This document shows, piece after piece, positions 25,731 through 42,769 of a stretch of 64,000 nucleotides of DNA. The translations under genes were made by a program, and so were the position numbers. Positions within the stretch are counted from its first letter, which is position 1. The number at the start of each line of letters is the position of its first letter. Origin of the DNA: Dictyostelium discoideum (taxonomy: Eukaryota); the NCBI GenBank assembly GCA_000004695.1, contig CM000152.2:992001-1056000 (forward strand), read 5' to 3'. The notes beneath the pieces were generated by a model. That model worked only from the letters and a program-made list of their open reading frames with translations. It did no database searches and was not told the DNA's origin.

Positions 25731-26512
25731 CAACAAATTCAGAAGAACCAACTACACCATTCAAACAAGGAAGTAATAATTTATTTGGTTCAAATTTAGG
25801 TGGTAATAATAATAATAATAATCCAATAGTTAATAGTACACCAATTAGATCAGCTATGAGACATAGTATTGGTGGAATTCCTTCATCAGCATTAAAACCA
25901 AATCATTCAACCCCATCATCAGTTAGATTCAATGATATTGAACCAATTCCACCACCAAAATTCACTACTATTCCATCTTCAATTCCTATTAGAATTCCAA
26001 TGGAAGTTAAAAATTCTTTAGGTGCCGATATTGTACTTCCAAATCCTGACAAACCTCCAACTATTCAAAAATGGAATATAAATATTGGAAATGATGATGA
26101 TGCTGATAAAAAAATGAAAGATGTTGAAGAAGAAGAAGAAGAAGAGGAAGAAGAAGAAAAAGAAGAAAAAGAAAAAAAATCAGAGGATGAAGAAATTGTA
26201 CAAAAAAAAAGAGGTAGAAAGCCACAACCAACATCAAAAACACAAAAAACTAGAACTTCCTTAAAAGAAAAAACTGTAAATAAGAAATCACAAGACCAAT
26301 CAGAAAAAGAAAATGAAGAGGAAAAAGAAGTTATATTACCTAAAAGAAATAAAAAAACTTCTTCAACCTCCACCACAATGACCACTAGAAGTAGAAGGCA
26401 ACCAATCGAGCAAGAAGAACAAGAGGAAGAAGAAATTGTACAAGTTAAAAAAAGGGGTAAAACATCAAAATCAAAGATTACTCCAACTACAACCACAAAA
26501 AAAAGAAAATAA
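20938..26512 (+). CDS. Condensin complex non-SMC subunit of the Cnd1/NCAPD2-D3 family (about 1791 aa). Exons 20938..22479, 22588..23309 and 23401..26512
   Basis: C-terminal exon contains [84 protein letters not shown], the Cnd1 C-terminal domain signature. HEAT-like repeats (VRSKALSCLSILFEN, VRKSALQVLEV, VRKQVISTLTLLLKSY) lie in the middle exon. Donors GTAAGT at 22480 and 23310. Acceptors ttgttag|AGT (22587/22588, phase 0) and ttaaaag|T (23400/23401, phase 2). Acidic inserts and a basic Lys/Arg-rich C-tail are typical of NCAPD proteins. Confidence 0.75.
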
Positions 26513-26743
26513 ATAATTTATACAAGTAAACTATTTTAATTCATTCTTATTTTTTATTTTTTATTTTTTATTTTTTTTACCTATGGTTTGAAATAAAACA
26601 CAAATAATAATAAAAAAAATCCTTACTATAATTTTCTAATTTGAATAAACATCATTGATTCTTTTTTTTATTTCGCACATAAAACTTTAATGATATTTAA
26701 TAAAATAAAAAGTAATGTTTCATATAGGTTGATTATTATTATT

Positions 26744-26778
<35 letters not shown>

Positions 26779-26782
<4 letters not shown>

Positions 26783-27363
26783 TAATAATAGGTTGTTGAT
26801 GTTTTAGCTTGTAATATATCAGTAGCTTTATATGTAACGCCATCATTAACAGTTGTTGAACTTCTACCAGAACCTGTACCAGTATCATTGTCGCCTGTAC
26901 TATAACATCCTGTTTCTTGAAGGTTTTTTTTTAACTCTGATGATTTATAGGTTACTCCATCATTTACTGTTGTATCGCCATCATTATATCCTGTTCCTGA
27001 TGATGTACCACAACCTGATGATGTACCACTTGAACTACTACCACTACCACCACTGCCACCACTACCACCACTGCCACCACTGCCACCACTGCCACCACTA
27101 CCGTTAACACTTGATGAGTGTGCTAATTTATCTGGCATTCCAGCATCTTTTGAATATGTATATGATTCAACTTCAACATTTATTGCCTTTTTTAATAAAA
27201 TAATTTCAATTTTAATATTTGTTATTTTTTTTTTTTTTTTTTCCCAAGATTTTTTCAATGAAAAAAAAAAACAAAAAATAGAATTATATATAAAAACTAA
27301 TTTATAACTTACCCATGATAATGAAATTAATAAACAAAAGATTAAAACTAATTTTAATAACAT
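26779..27363 (-). CDS. Small secreted Gly/Ser-rich protein with duplicated TTVNDGVTYK motif. Probably 2 exons, 27313..27363 and 26779..27186
   Basis: ATG at 27363, MLLKLVLIFCLLISLSW, then GTAAGT donor at 27312. Candidate acceptor ttattaaaaaag|GCA at 27187/27186. The 126-nt intron is in-frame and stop-free, so the ORF tool read through it. The product has a (GSG)n linker and two copies of TTVNDGVTYK(S/A). Confidence 0.45.
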
Positions 27364-27788
27364 TTTTTTTTTTTTTTTTATATTTATATGATTTTTTCTA
27401 TTTTTATATTTTTTTTATATTTTCTAAAAGAGTGATTGAAAAAAAAATAGTTTCTTTTTTTTTTTTTTTTTTTTTTTTGGGTGTTTGAATAAATTTTTAT
27501 GTTTTTTTAAAGGATATTAATAAAATTTTTAAAAAAATAAAAAAAAGGATATTTTCTTTGTTCTGGATTAAAAGAATCATTCTGAAAAAAAAAAAAAAAA
27601 AAAAAATTAAAATATCTTTGATATTTTAAGAATTTTATTAATCGAATTTTAATAAAAAATATCTTGATTGTGTCATATTTAAAATTAAGAATATACGAAT
27701 TTTGAAACAACAAATTTTTTTTTTTTATTTTTTATGTTTAATTTTTGATTGAAATTTATTAAAAGTATAATTTGATTCGATTATTTTC

Positions 27789-27833
<45 letters not shown>

Positions 27834-27967
27834 ATAATAATAAAAATTCCTTGTTAATAGAAATTTTTTTTTTTTTATATTTTTTTATGTTCAATTATAG
27901 TTTTTTTTTTTTTTTTTTTTTTTTTTTTGAGGTTTAAAATACAATTAATTAATTTTTTTATTATTTT

Positions 27968-29228
27968 TTATTCATCTTTTTTTAAATCGATAATTCTTTT
28001 AAGTAGATCAGCAGTTCTTATAAACTCTGAATCTTTTGATAATGCTGATGAACATTTTCTTAACTTTTCAAAAAATTCTTTTGAAGTATCACTAAAGCTA
28101 AGTAATGAATGAGTTTCGACAGAATCAAATCTTAAAAGGAAAGCATTGCTATCTTTAATATTTTGCATTGCTTCAATGTAGAGTTGTTGAGAAGATTTTG
28201 AATTTTTGTTTAATTTGATAGTATCCAAAAAATCAGTTATCCAATTACTCTTTAAATAATGTGGTACTGAGAAAATTCCTTTAGTTTCAACTCCATCTTC
28301 CATATTGTCAAGTAGTTTTTCCAAACGATCGTTAATCTCTTTATTATTCTCTGTTAATCCTTGCACATCCTTATCAGTACAACCAATTGAAATGATAACA
28401 AGATAATCATTTGGATAAATGATTCTTGCCTCATGATAAGCAATCTCCATTGGATTATTATATTTAAAACCACCATCTAAATATTCCTCATCACCTTGCT
28501 TATGTTTTTGAAAAGCTGCTGGAATACTTGACGTAGCTCTAATTGCATCAGCTAATGAAAGTGCTTCTTCACCAATTGTATAAAGTCTCTCTATTTCTTC
28601 ACCTTTAATAAAATGATTATTATTATTATTATTATTACCAGCAATTGTTGTTGTTTCATCAAATTTATAATTTGAAATGATTACTGGTGTTAAGATATCA
28701 TTTTTTTCACCAGTCTTTTTTAATGATACAACAAAGAATTTCTTTTCATTTAACTCTGTAATTTGGGTATCAGCTCCATCTGGTGATGATGGAAACCAAC
28801 TATTTGCAATATTTATGAGTTCATCTGAATTGAACATTTCTCCTCTTGTAAAAACACCTTTAACTTCGTCCCAAAGGGAACCGAAAATTTTCTTTGATTC
28901 TTTTCCTTCATACATGTTCAATAATTCTGAATTTGAAATCTCTTTACTCTTTGCAATTGATAAAATACCTCCAGTACTTGTACCACCAAATAAATCTACA
29001 TGTTTTGTAAAATCACTTCCTGATAATTTAACAAAATGTTCTATTACCTTTTTTTTTTTTTTTTTTTTTTATATAAATATTAAAATAAGAATTTGGGTTT
29101 TAAGGTGGTTATTTTTATTTTTTTTATTTTTTTTTTTTATTTATTACCTCGATTGTATATAATCCTTTTGTGCCACCACCGTCTAAACTAAGGATGATTC
29201 TGATATTTTCTTTTTTATTATCTCCCAT
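27968..29228 (-). CDS. Patatin-like phospholipase (about 386 aa). Exons 29148..29228 and 27968..29047
   Basis: Exon 1: MGDNKKENIRIILSLDGGGTKGLYTIE (oxyanion-hole motif D-G-G-G-x-K/R-G), donor GTAATA at 29147. Exon 2 contains the GTSTGG nucleophile-serine motif (DLFGGTSTGGILS) and the DGG(F) Asp dyad motif (EEYLDGGFKYNNP). The acceptor follows a poly-A tract (aaag|GTA at 29048/29047), which is unusual, so the junction is tentative. Confidence 0.7.
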
Positions 29229-29661
29229 TTTTTTTTATTTTTGTAGGTGTTGTGCGTGATTGGTCAGTGACTGAATGGTGAAAAAGAGAAAAAATTATAA
29301 AATAAAAAATAAAAAGATCACAAAAAAAAAAAAAATTATAAAATAAAAAAAAAATTATAAAATAAAAAGATCATAAAAAAAAAAAAAAATTAAAAAAAAA
29401 TAAAATAAAAAAAAAAAAAATAAAAACATTGAGAAATTAAATGATCAGGCGATTCATTCCTTGAATTTTAATAATTTTTTTTTTTTTTTTTTTTTTATTT
29501 ATTTTTTTTTTTTTTTTAAAAAAATTATTTATTACATTATTTTTTATTATTATTTATTTATTATTTATTGTTTTTAAAAGAAAATTGTTTTTTGTTTTTT
29601 GTTTTTTTTTTTTTTTCATCTTACCAGAATTTCTAATATTTGAAACAATCAAAAGTTAAAT

Positions 29662-29694
<33 letters not shown>

Positions 29695-29713
29695 TTAAAA
29701 AAAATAAAATTTT

Positions 29714-29766
<53 letters not shown>

Positions 29767-29919
29767 TTTCAAAAATTTAAAAAATCACTTTTTTTTTTTT
29801 TTTTTTTTTTTTTTGTTTTGTTTCAATAATAATAAAAATAGTAATAATAGTAAAATAATAGTAAAATAATAGTGATAAATTATAAAATAAATTTAATTTT
29901 TATTTTAAAATTACTAGAG

Positions 29920-29980
<61 letters not shown>

Positions 29981-30105
29981 CAAAAAAAAAAAAAAAAAAA
30001 AAAAAAATACCTTCACAAACATCAAAAAAAATAAATTTTATATTGTATAAGATATATACGTATATCAGTATATATTGTATACAAATAAATTCTATCTTAT
30101 AATAT

Positions 30106-33121
<3,016 letters not shown>

Positions 33122-33238
33122 TTAAATCATACAAAAATATTCATCCATTCATTCATTCATTCATCCGCTCGCTCAGATTCATTAACAACTAATCAATCAC
33201 TCACTTGCTCATCACTCGAAAGCTTTTCTTTTTACACA

Positions 33239-33269
<31 letters not shown>

Positions 33270-33608
33270 GAAAACATCACAATTGTCCATATACGCTACC
33301 CCCTCATCCACAATCCAATTCAAATTAAAAATTTTTAATTTATATAATTTATTAAAACGGAATTATTGAATTATTATTTAATTTTAAATTGTTTAAACCA
33401 AAAAAAAAAAAAAGAAAAAAGAAAAAAAAAAAATATGTACTATCTATCTATATATCTCTCTCTTTTATTTTACTATCATCAATAAATAAATAAATAATAA
33501 TTAAAAAAAAAAAAAAAAAAAAAAAAATTAAAAAAAAAAAAAATTAAATATTATAAAAATTAAATATTATAAAAATTTACAGTTATAAAAGTTATTAAAT
33601 AGTTTATT

Positions 33609-34276
33609 TTAATTAATTTCTTTATTTTGATTACGAATATGATGATCTTTATCAAAACTGATATGAGATAAAAACATTCCCCAAAATATACTAATGATTG
33701 AACTATATAATACACGTAAATTAGGTGGTACTAATGAGAAATTAATTATTTGAGCAGCTGGCCATATAAGCCAATTAATTTTAACAGCATAAAATAATTC
33801 TTTTGTGAAATTCTCTAAATTCTTTAATTCACCTTTATTATTTATGAAATTGGTAACTGTCATAAAACCACCAATTGCAACTGGTGCGAAAAGTAATTGA
33901 TCGATTAACATCTTTTTAATTATAACTGATCTTCCTTCACCTTTGACCATAATATCTAATGATCTATACCAATAATGTAACATTGGTCCAGAATAAAATA
34001 TACCTACTGTTGACATTGTTGCAACTCTTTTATAATCTAATTTAAATTGGCTCTTTTCATCTTTAAATTTATGTTCTAATCTTTGTGCTAATATATCACC
34101 TGTTCCCATTAAAAATCCAGTTGATAATGATTTTGCTAAAATTTAAAAAAAGTGTTTAGTTAATTTTTTTTTTTTTTTTTTTTTTTTTTTTCCCCTTAAA
34201 AAATTAATTAAAAAACCATACTAACTAAAGGATGATTATCCAATAATCCCAAATATAATCCCCAAAGTTTTCTCAT
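33609..34276 (-). CDS. Mpv17/PMP22-family peroxisomal/mitochondrial membrane protein (about 193 aa). Exons 34222..34276 and 33609..34135
   Basis: Exon 1: MRKLWGLYLGLLDNHPLV, then A|GTATGG donor at 34221. Acceptor aattttag|CA at 34136/34135. The joined product ...HPLVTKSLSTGFLMGTGDILAQ... plus the C-terminal WPAAQIINFSLVPPNLRVLYSSIISIFWGMFLS match the Mpv17/PMP22 consensus. Confidence 0.75.
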
Positions 34277-34838
34277 TTTTATGTTTAATTTAATAAAAAA
34301 AAAAAAAAAAAAAAAAGATCACGAGTATCAAATTAATTTTGATTTTTTTTTTTTTTTTTTTTTAATTAAAAAAAAAAATAAAAAATGAAAATCAAAAAAA
34401 AAAAAAAAAAGATAAATCAAAACTAAAAAATGAAAAATAAAAAAAAAAATAAAATGTGATAAAACAAAAAAAAAAAAAAAATTTTTAACACAAGATAAAA
34501 TTAGAAATATTTTATTTTTCATTTCTGTTAAAATTCTAAATAATCTTGTGATATATGAAATTATTTAATTTTTTCTTTTTTTTTTTTTATAATTTTAAAT
34601 TAATTGATTAAAAAAAAAGTTAAAAAAAAAAAAAAAATAAAATAAAAATTGAATTTTTTTTGAGTATCACGACTACACCGGGCAATTATTTTTTTCATCA
34701 ATTTTTTTTTTTAGTTTTTTTTTTTTTCAATTTTTTTTATTTTTTTTTCGTCTCAGTCAAAATTTTTTTTTTCTCGCGACTATTATTTTTTTTCTTTTTT
34801 TTTGGTAGTTATAACTCATACACATACATATTTCCACT

Positions 34839-35169
34839 ATGTCTGAAATCAAAACTGAAGGTACATTGGAAAAAAAAAAAAAAAAAAAATAATAAAAAAA
34901 TTATATTTATTTTTTGTATAAACTCTCTTTCAAATAAATAAAAAAATAAACAAACAAACAGAATGAATAAATAAATAAATAATAATAATAATAAAAAAGA
35001 TGATCACAAAAAAAAAAAAAAAAAAAACCGAGAAAATAATAATAATAAAAAAAAAATAAAAAATAACAAAATAACAAAATTTAGAAATGAAACAGTAAAG
35101 AAAATAGAGATAATAATAGGATAAAAACAGTTTATAAATAAATTACAGATTTACAACCAAATCAGATGA

Positions 35170-35206
<37 letters not shown>

Positions 35207-35765
35207 GATTTATGACTAAAAAAAAAAAAAGAGATAGATATTTCAGAGAACAGATAAGAAAAATAACAACTTTATTTGATAAAATTGGACAAAAATGCAA
35301 CAAAACTATCGAATTTTTTTCATCCAAATTTTATTTGTTTTTGATAGGGGGAGAGAGTTTATGCAAAAAATAATAAATATAATATTGCGCACGCTGAAAA
35401 AAAAGATATTAACTTTTTTTTTTTTTTTTTTTTATTATTAATTAGAACTCGCTTGCATCTACTCCGGTCTTTTATTACAAGATGACGGTATTGAAATCAC
35501 CGCTGATAAAATCAAAACCTTATTAGAAGCTGCCAACATCACTGTTGCTTCTCACTGGCCAGGTCTCTATGCTCGTTCATTAGCCAAAGTTAACATTCCA
35601 GAATTATTATTAAATGCTGGTTCCTCAGGTGCCGCCGGTGCTGCCCCAGTTGCCGCTGCCACCAGCGCTGCTGCCCCAGCCGCCGCCGCCAAGAAAGAAA
35701 CTAAAAAGGAAGAAGTTAAAAAGGAAGAATCCGATGACGATATGGGTATGGGTTTATTCGACTAA
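34839..35765 (+). CDS. rplp1: 60S acidic ribosomal protein P1 (113 aa). Exons 34839..34860 and 35446..35765
   Basis: MSEIKTE, then G|GTACAT donor at 34861. Acceptor ttaattag|AA at 35445/35446. The product [46 protein letters not shown]...[15 protein letters not shown] is the diagnostic P-protein acidic C-terminus with a P1-type N-domain. The intron is 585 nt. Confidence 0.85.
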
Positions 35766-36304
35766 AAGAACCAACTAAAGCAAACTAATTTTCGAATGCT
35801 TATAGGAAGTTTCCTAGTTTAAAAAAAAATAAAAAAAAAATTAAAAAATATATAAAAAAAAAGTGTATTTTATTATTACTATTAAAATATTAAAAATTTA
35901 AAAAAAGAGAGGAGGTAAATAAATTAAGAATTTATATTGACAAACCTCAACATCACCGATATGAAAGAAGTTACTTAATTTTTTTTATTAAACAAAATTA
36001 TCAAAAAAATTATAAATTAATAATTTTTGTTTGTTTATTTTTTTCCATTTCCACCAATTTCCAATTTTTAATTTATAAATAGATAAATCCTGTCCAATTT
36101 AAAACGCATCACAAACTTAAATGTAACATTTTTTTTCCAATTTTTTAAATAATAGATTTATAAATAATTAAAAAATTAAAATTATTTTAAAGATAAACAC
36201 GTTCAAGATTAAAATACAGTATTTTATTTTTTAATTTATTCTTTTTTTTTTTTTTAAATAAATAAATAGTTTAATTTTTCATTTTTTTTTTATAAATAAA
36301 TAGT

Positions 36305-39300
36305 CTAATTTTTCATTTTTTTTAATTTTAAAGGTTTAATATTTCTAAGGTGATATTTATATTTTTTTGCCAAGAAAATGGAAATTGTAATTAAAATTGC
36401 ACAACCAACACATCCTAAAACAATTCCAATGATGGCACCAGTTGATAATTTATTTTCACTATTTTCTTTACAAATTGAATTTGCTGAATCACTATCTAAA
36501 AGAATACCAAAATCAGGGTCTAATTGAATTAAATTTTTATAATATGGTATTGATATTGCAATTAGAGATTCTGATGAATAGTATGTAGTACTATCATCAT
36601 CATCACTTTGACCATTTAGAATAATATTATTAATAGAATTTAAATTACCATCAACTATTGCTCTTTTAATAAATCTACCATATAAACTATTATCATTGAC
36701 TTTTAATTGTACATAATTTGAATTATCATTAACAGTTTCACCAAAATCTTTAGATGAGCATGAATTATAATCAATTTCATTTGAAATTGCTTTTGCTTGA
36801 ATAATTAATTGTAATGTATTTAATTGATTTTCAAATGGATATGTTGTAATGTTTATATTATATTTCAATGATGATGGGTTCATTATTAAATTTTGATTTG
36901 CAAATGTAATATTTGTTGTACTATTAAACCATTCTGTAATTACAGTTGTTGTACAATTTAGTTTTGTATTATTATTAAAAGAGGTTTCTAAATTTACTAT
37001 ATACTGATATCGATTATCTTTTAATTTTGTTTGAATCCATTTATCAAATTTATAAGTTTTAATTACATTATTTTTAAAATCTAATTCTCTTAATGATACA
37101 ATTGAAACTAGTGCAGTGAATGATAAATTATCGTCACTTCCATTTGAAGGTTTGGTTATATTTATTGATGGTTTAGTTTCATTTAATTTTGGTGGTGGTA
37201 CAATTACAACCTTTGATTGACATGATAAGCCAACCCATGGTGAATAACAAATACAACCAGTTGATGAGCAATAACCTTGTTTTGAACCACCACATTGGGG
37301 ATTACCTTTACATACTTGAGGACTATTTGTTGGAAGTGGAGTTTGAGTTTCCACTGGTGGTGGTGGTATGAATAAAATTGGGTTAATTAAATATTCATTT
37401 GATATAACACCTTCATATGAAATGATTTTAATAATAAATGGATATTCAGTTTCTTTAATTGCTATTGTAAATGCTCTTGAATATGTTGAAATTGAATCAA
37501 TTGCCTCGAATATATTACTATTAAATCCACCATTTAAATAATTTATATAAACTGTTTGATTTTGGTTAAAACCAATTCCATATAACCAAATTTTACCACC
37601 ATATGAATATACATCATCATGTGAAGTAATGATTGGATTATTTAATGAAAATGTTGTATTTAAATAGTGTTTATTATTTCCTACCAATAATAAATCAGAT
37701 GTTGGATAACCAGCAAAGTAACCATTTTTATATCGTAAACCATAAATTGAAATAAATATTGGACCAGGGTACCCAAAACCAATAGGAATTTCAGTTTCAC
37801 ATATATATCTAATACCACCTGCTATTATTTGATAAGTTGGTGCATCACATTCAATTAAATCTAATGTTGGACTTGTTAAATAAAAAATTGGAGTTAAATT
37901 ATAGTTGAAATTATTTTCATCTGTTAAATTAAATGTAGCACTTATTGTCACTGATCTATCTGTTAATTTACCAACATCAATAGTTTGAGTTGAAAGTTTT
38001 AAATCTATTATCACTGGTTTACCAGTTACTGTTGGATAACTTGAAGAACATGTAATTGGTAAACGTGTAACATTAATACCATCATTGTAAAAATTAATAA
38101 ATGGATTTGAAATTGATTTTTGGTTCTCTGAATAGATATTATAAATTGATGGTATTTTATTGGCATCTAATAAAGTAACATGGATAATTACAAATTCTTG
38201 TGAAATACATGTTTCATCAACTGGAATATCAATTTTATAAGTACCATTCCATTTATCACCATATAGTAAATCATTTAATGTTAAATTAAAATTATAAATT
38301 GAATTATCATTTGAACCCATTACTTTAATAAACCCACTTTCAAATCCATTATAATCATCTAAAATTCTAAATGTCCAACCAACAAAATCAGACCCACTTA
38401 TATTATCAATATTATTTTTTTTTATAATTAAACTTATTAACGGACCTTGATTATCTAAATATGTTTCATTTACTCTAAGTTGTGCTGAACTTGATAATAA
38501 ACTATTATAAATCTTTCCGGTTAATGAAAAAAATATAACATATGGTATTTCACCAAAAATATTATTTGATGGTATTATAAATTTGCATTCAAATGATTCA
38601 ATATCATCATTATAATTAATTGGATATCTAATATTTTCATTAATTGAAATTGAAACTGGATCTAATAACATTAATGACATTGGTACATCTCTTTTTAATG
38701 TATTTGATTTAATATACATAATATTATACCCAGTATTATTTAAAAGATTTAAATCATTAATTGAAAATGAAATATCATTAAAATCATTTAAATTAAATTC
38801 TATATATAAAAAAAAAAAAAAAAAAAAAAATTTTAATTTAATAAAGATTTTTTTTTTTTTTTTTTTTTTTTAAAAAATTAAATTAATAAATTAAAAATAA
38901 TACAAACTATATGAAATAAATGGTGAAGTAAATTTTGAAATTGGATTTAATGAAATAATATCAAAATTATTATATTCAACTTTGTTTCTAACTCTATCAA
39001 TTAATTGAATTTTATTAAGTGATCTGGTTGATAAAATTATTTCATAATCACCTTCAAAAAGATTACCACTTACAAATGATTCTAATCCAATTTTTTCGGT
39101 TGAACCAGAGTTTGTAAATGAATTTATTTGAAATAATTCATTTATTGAAACAATGTGAAGTTTTAATAAATACTTTAATGGTGATAATTGTAAAATTGTA
39201 AAATTTGTTAACTTTGGAGGAGTGGTATCACCTTTTTATTTTTTATTTTATTTTTATGATTAGTAAATTTTAGTATTTTTTTTTTTTTTTTTTTCAACAT

Positions 39301-40145
39301 ATTACGTACCTGAAATTATTGGAATCGTTGAGGAAAGAATAGTTGATGAAGTCACTGGTTTACATTGTAATACCATTTGTTCATTTTGAATTGTATTAAC
39401 AAAGCCTGAAACACAAATTTTAAAATTTGAGTTATAACCCGAATAAAATCCAAATGGAAATCCTTTAATTAATTGATTTTCATTTATTGAATAAATAAAT
39501 TCATTCAATTTGTAATTTGCATTAAAAACATTTAATGTAACAACATTATTATCCAATCCATGTACTAAACCTACTAATTCAGTTGGTAAATACTCTGCAA
39601 AGAAAAAATATATATACATATAAATTGTTAGTTTTTTTATATGTAAAGTTTTATTTTGTTTTTTTTTTTGTTTTGTTTTTATTTTTTATTTTTTTTTTCC
39701 TAAAATGTTAAACAATTATTATTATTATTATTATTATTTACATACTATTAATAATTAATGAATCATAATTAATTTGGGAACTATATGGACCAGCTGGTGA
39801 GTTTACTGTAAATTCAGTAGAATTTATACCATTAAATGGCTCATTTTCAATAAAACTACTGATAAAAACCATATCTTGTTTTTTACCACGTATTGGTGTT
39901 CCATAATATGATAGATTCCCATTACTAATAACAAAAAATGGTCTATTTGAATTTGAAAGTACCTCTCCAATTAATAAAGGTCCAAATCCAAATCCAAATT
40001 CATTTATTATTGAACTAATTTCCTTTGGTAAATAAACCACATTTTGAAAATGATTAGGTGGAGCTGGAACTAAAATTTAAAATTTTAAAAAAAAGTTAAA
40101 AAATATATTTAACATTTGAAAAAAAAATAAAAAAAAAAATAATAA

Positions 40146-40217
<72 letters not shown>

Positions 40218-40520
40218 TTACCATCATTATAAAAAGATTTTGTTTTAAAATAATTTCCACCAAAAGAATCAAAAATTTCAATTGACCATTCCCCTTTTAA
40301 ATGATCTGGTATATAGTATGGACTCCATTTGATTAAATAAAGATCAGAATTCTCTATTGATTCAATGATTCCAACAGTTTCATCAGTTAAAAAAGTTTTA
40401 GGTTTTACTCCATCAAATCCTTCAATTTTTAAAAATGAATGAAAATTTTCAAAATCATTATATCCTGGTCCATTACCAATAATTTCAGGTTTTGTTTTAT
40501 TAAAATCAATTTCTGGAAAT

Positions 40521-40582
<62 letters not shown>

Positions 40583-41049
40583 CACACAAACACATATGTC
40601 AAAAATTTTATTTTTTTTTTTCAAAGATATTATATTATATCTAAATAAATCTAATAATTACTATTACATGATAAATCTATGTTGAAAGATGTAAGTCCAT
40701 TTGCTGAATTAACATCTATTGAGAATTGAAAAGCATCAAATGATATTGATGTTGATAATATGAATTGATTTCCATTTAAACTGGTAATTTTAATTGAAGA
40801 AGTAGTTATTAAAGAACCTGGAGGAATTTCACCATTTGAATTTTCAAGTAATACCTTTAATTTGACATCGCAACTACTATCTTTTGATGATGTTGGATAC
40901 CATGAAAATTGATTCAATGGTTCAATTGCAGTTAATGATACTTCTTGTGGTCCACTAACATACTTTATTTGGCAATGAACAAAATTTTCAACATTACCTA
41001 AAATAAAAAATAATAATAAACATAAAAATATATAAACCCTTGAAAACAT
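36305..41049 (-). CDS. Large secreted/single-pass transmembrane glycoprotein with an EGF-like Cys cluster, multi-exon (at least 6 blocks). Possibly Tgr (tiger)-family-like adhesion protein. Exon boundaries approximate
   Basis: Signal peptide ORF at 40651..41049 (MFSRVYIFLCLLLFFILGNVENF...). Successive minus-strand ORF blocks at 40109..40624, 39738..40040, 39302..39619, ~38900..39240 and 36305..38719 are separated by AT-rich introns, one carrying an (AAT)~26 repeat at 40137..40218. The last exon has the EGF-like CKGNPQCGGSKQGYCSSTGCICYSPWVGLSCQ, many N-glycosylation sites, a C-terminal TM segment (GAIIGIVLGCVGCAILITISIFLA) and a short basic tail. Confidence 0.45.
40137..40218. repeat. (AAT)n microsatellite, about 26 units, intronic in the 36305..41049 gene
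   Basis: Direct reading of ataataataataat... across 40137-40218. Confidence 0.85.
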
Positions 41050-41062
41050 TTTTTTTATTAAA

Positions 41063-41094
<32 letters not shown>

Positions 41095-41169
41095 GGAATA
41101 TTAAAAAAAAAAAAAAAAAAAAAAATAAAAAGTAAAAAATAATAAGTATAAAATCACATCAAATCCAAA

Positions 41170-41204
<35 letters not shown>

Positions 41205-41807
41205 GTTGTGTATAAAAAAAATAAAAATAAAAAGAAAAAAAAAAAAAATAAAAATCGATAAAATATCTTTTTTTTTTTTTTTTTTTTTTTGAATTGAAAA
41301 GATTAAAAGATATTTTACGATTTTTATAAAATTATTGTAAAGAAGATTTAGATTTGGTAGGTGTTTGAATGAATTTATGATAAAAAAAAAAAAAATTAAA
41401 AAAAATAAAAAATAAAAGGGATTTCTGTCTAGTGATGGGGAAATTTTATGTTATTTAAATAATTTGATTTTGATTTGAACTTGAAAGTGTATTTTTTTTT
41501 TTATTTTTTATTTTTTATTTTTTTTTTTATTTATTTTGGATTATTTAAATATATTTATTAAATTATTTTTATTATTAGTATTTAATAATTTTAATATTTT
41601 TTCCAAATTTGGATTTAATTAATATTTTTTTTTTTTTTTACTTTTTTTGATTTTATAAATTATTAATTATTTTAAAATAAAGAATAGACCTACTAAAAAG
41701 AAATTAAATGATTTTTTAAAATACCATTTTATAATTTTAAATAATTTTATCCCTATCAAATATAATTAATTATAAAATCTTATCACGATCATCTAGATTT
41801 TATTTGG

Positions 41808-41841
<34 letters not shown>

Positions 41842-42524
41842 ATTTCCATAAAAAAAAATAATAAAATAGAAAAAGAATAAAAAATTTAACAAAGAAAAAA
41901 AAAAAAAAAAAAAAATAGAAAAATAATATAAATTAGGATTAACATATCTTTTAAAAATTTTAATAGTACCATTTTGATTTTGTCAATTTATTACTCTTTT
42001 ACTTTTAATTTATTCCACACTTTTGGAATTAACATATCTTTTTTTTTCCTTAAAAATTAAAAAAAAAAAAAAAAAATCCAAGTATTTGGAAATTAATAAA
42101 ATTGAAAATTATCATTATAAAAAAACAATTTAAATTTTAAATTATTTATATATTTATTTATTTTCGTTTTTATTTAATTATTTATTTATTTATTTCATTG
42201 ATAATTTTTTAATTTTAATTATTTCTAAAAATATTAATATTTTTCATTATAAATATTTATTTTTAATACCATCACATTTTGGAAAAAAAAAAAAAAAATA
42301 AAAAAAAAAAAAATAAAAAAAAATAAAAAAAAATAAATTTTTTTTTTTTAAAAAAATTAAAAAAATTAAAAAAAAAATAAAAAAAAAAAAAAAAAAAGCA
42401 CCAAAATAAAAAAAAAAAAAAAAAATTGCAATAATTAAAACCAACAATAGCAATAATAATTATAATAATAATAAATAATAATAATAATAATAACAATAAA
42501 ATAGTAACACCAATAAATAATAAT

Positions 42525-42564
<40 letters not shown>

Positions 42565-42706
42565 TAAAAAATATAATAATAATAATAGTAATAATAGTAA
42601 TAATAATAATAAAATAATAATAATAGAAATAATTTCAATTTAAAAAATAAATAAAATAAAAAAAGGAAAAAATAAAAAAAAAAATAAATTTTTTTTTTAA
42701 AAAATT

Positions 42707-42756
<50 letters not shown>

Positions 42757-42769
42757 CACACAAAAAGAT

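Noticed and set aside
26061-26496. Minus-strand ORFs (143 and 60 aa) overlapping the condensin-subunit C-terminus
   Set aside because: Antisense translation of a Glu/Lys-rich GAA/AAG repeat. The sense frame carries clear condensin homology.
42247-42638. Three overlapping minus-strand ORFs (poly-F, poly-I, poly-Y)
   Set aside because: Translations of oligo(A)/(T) and (AAT)n intergenic repeats upstream of the ankyrin-SAM-kinase gene.
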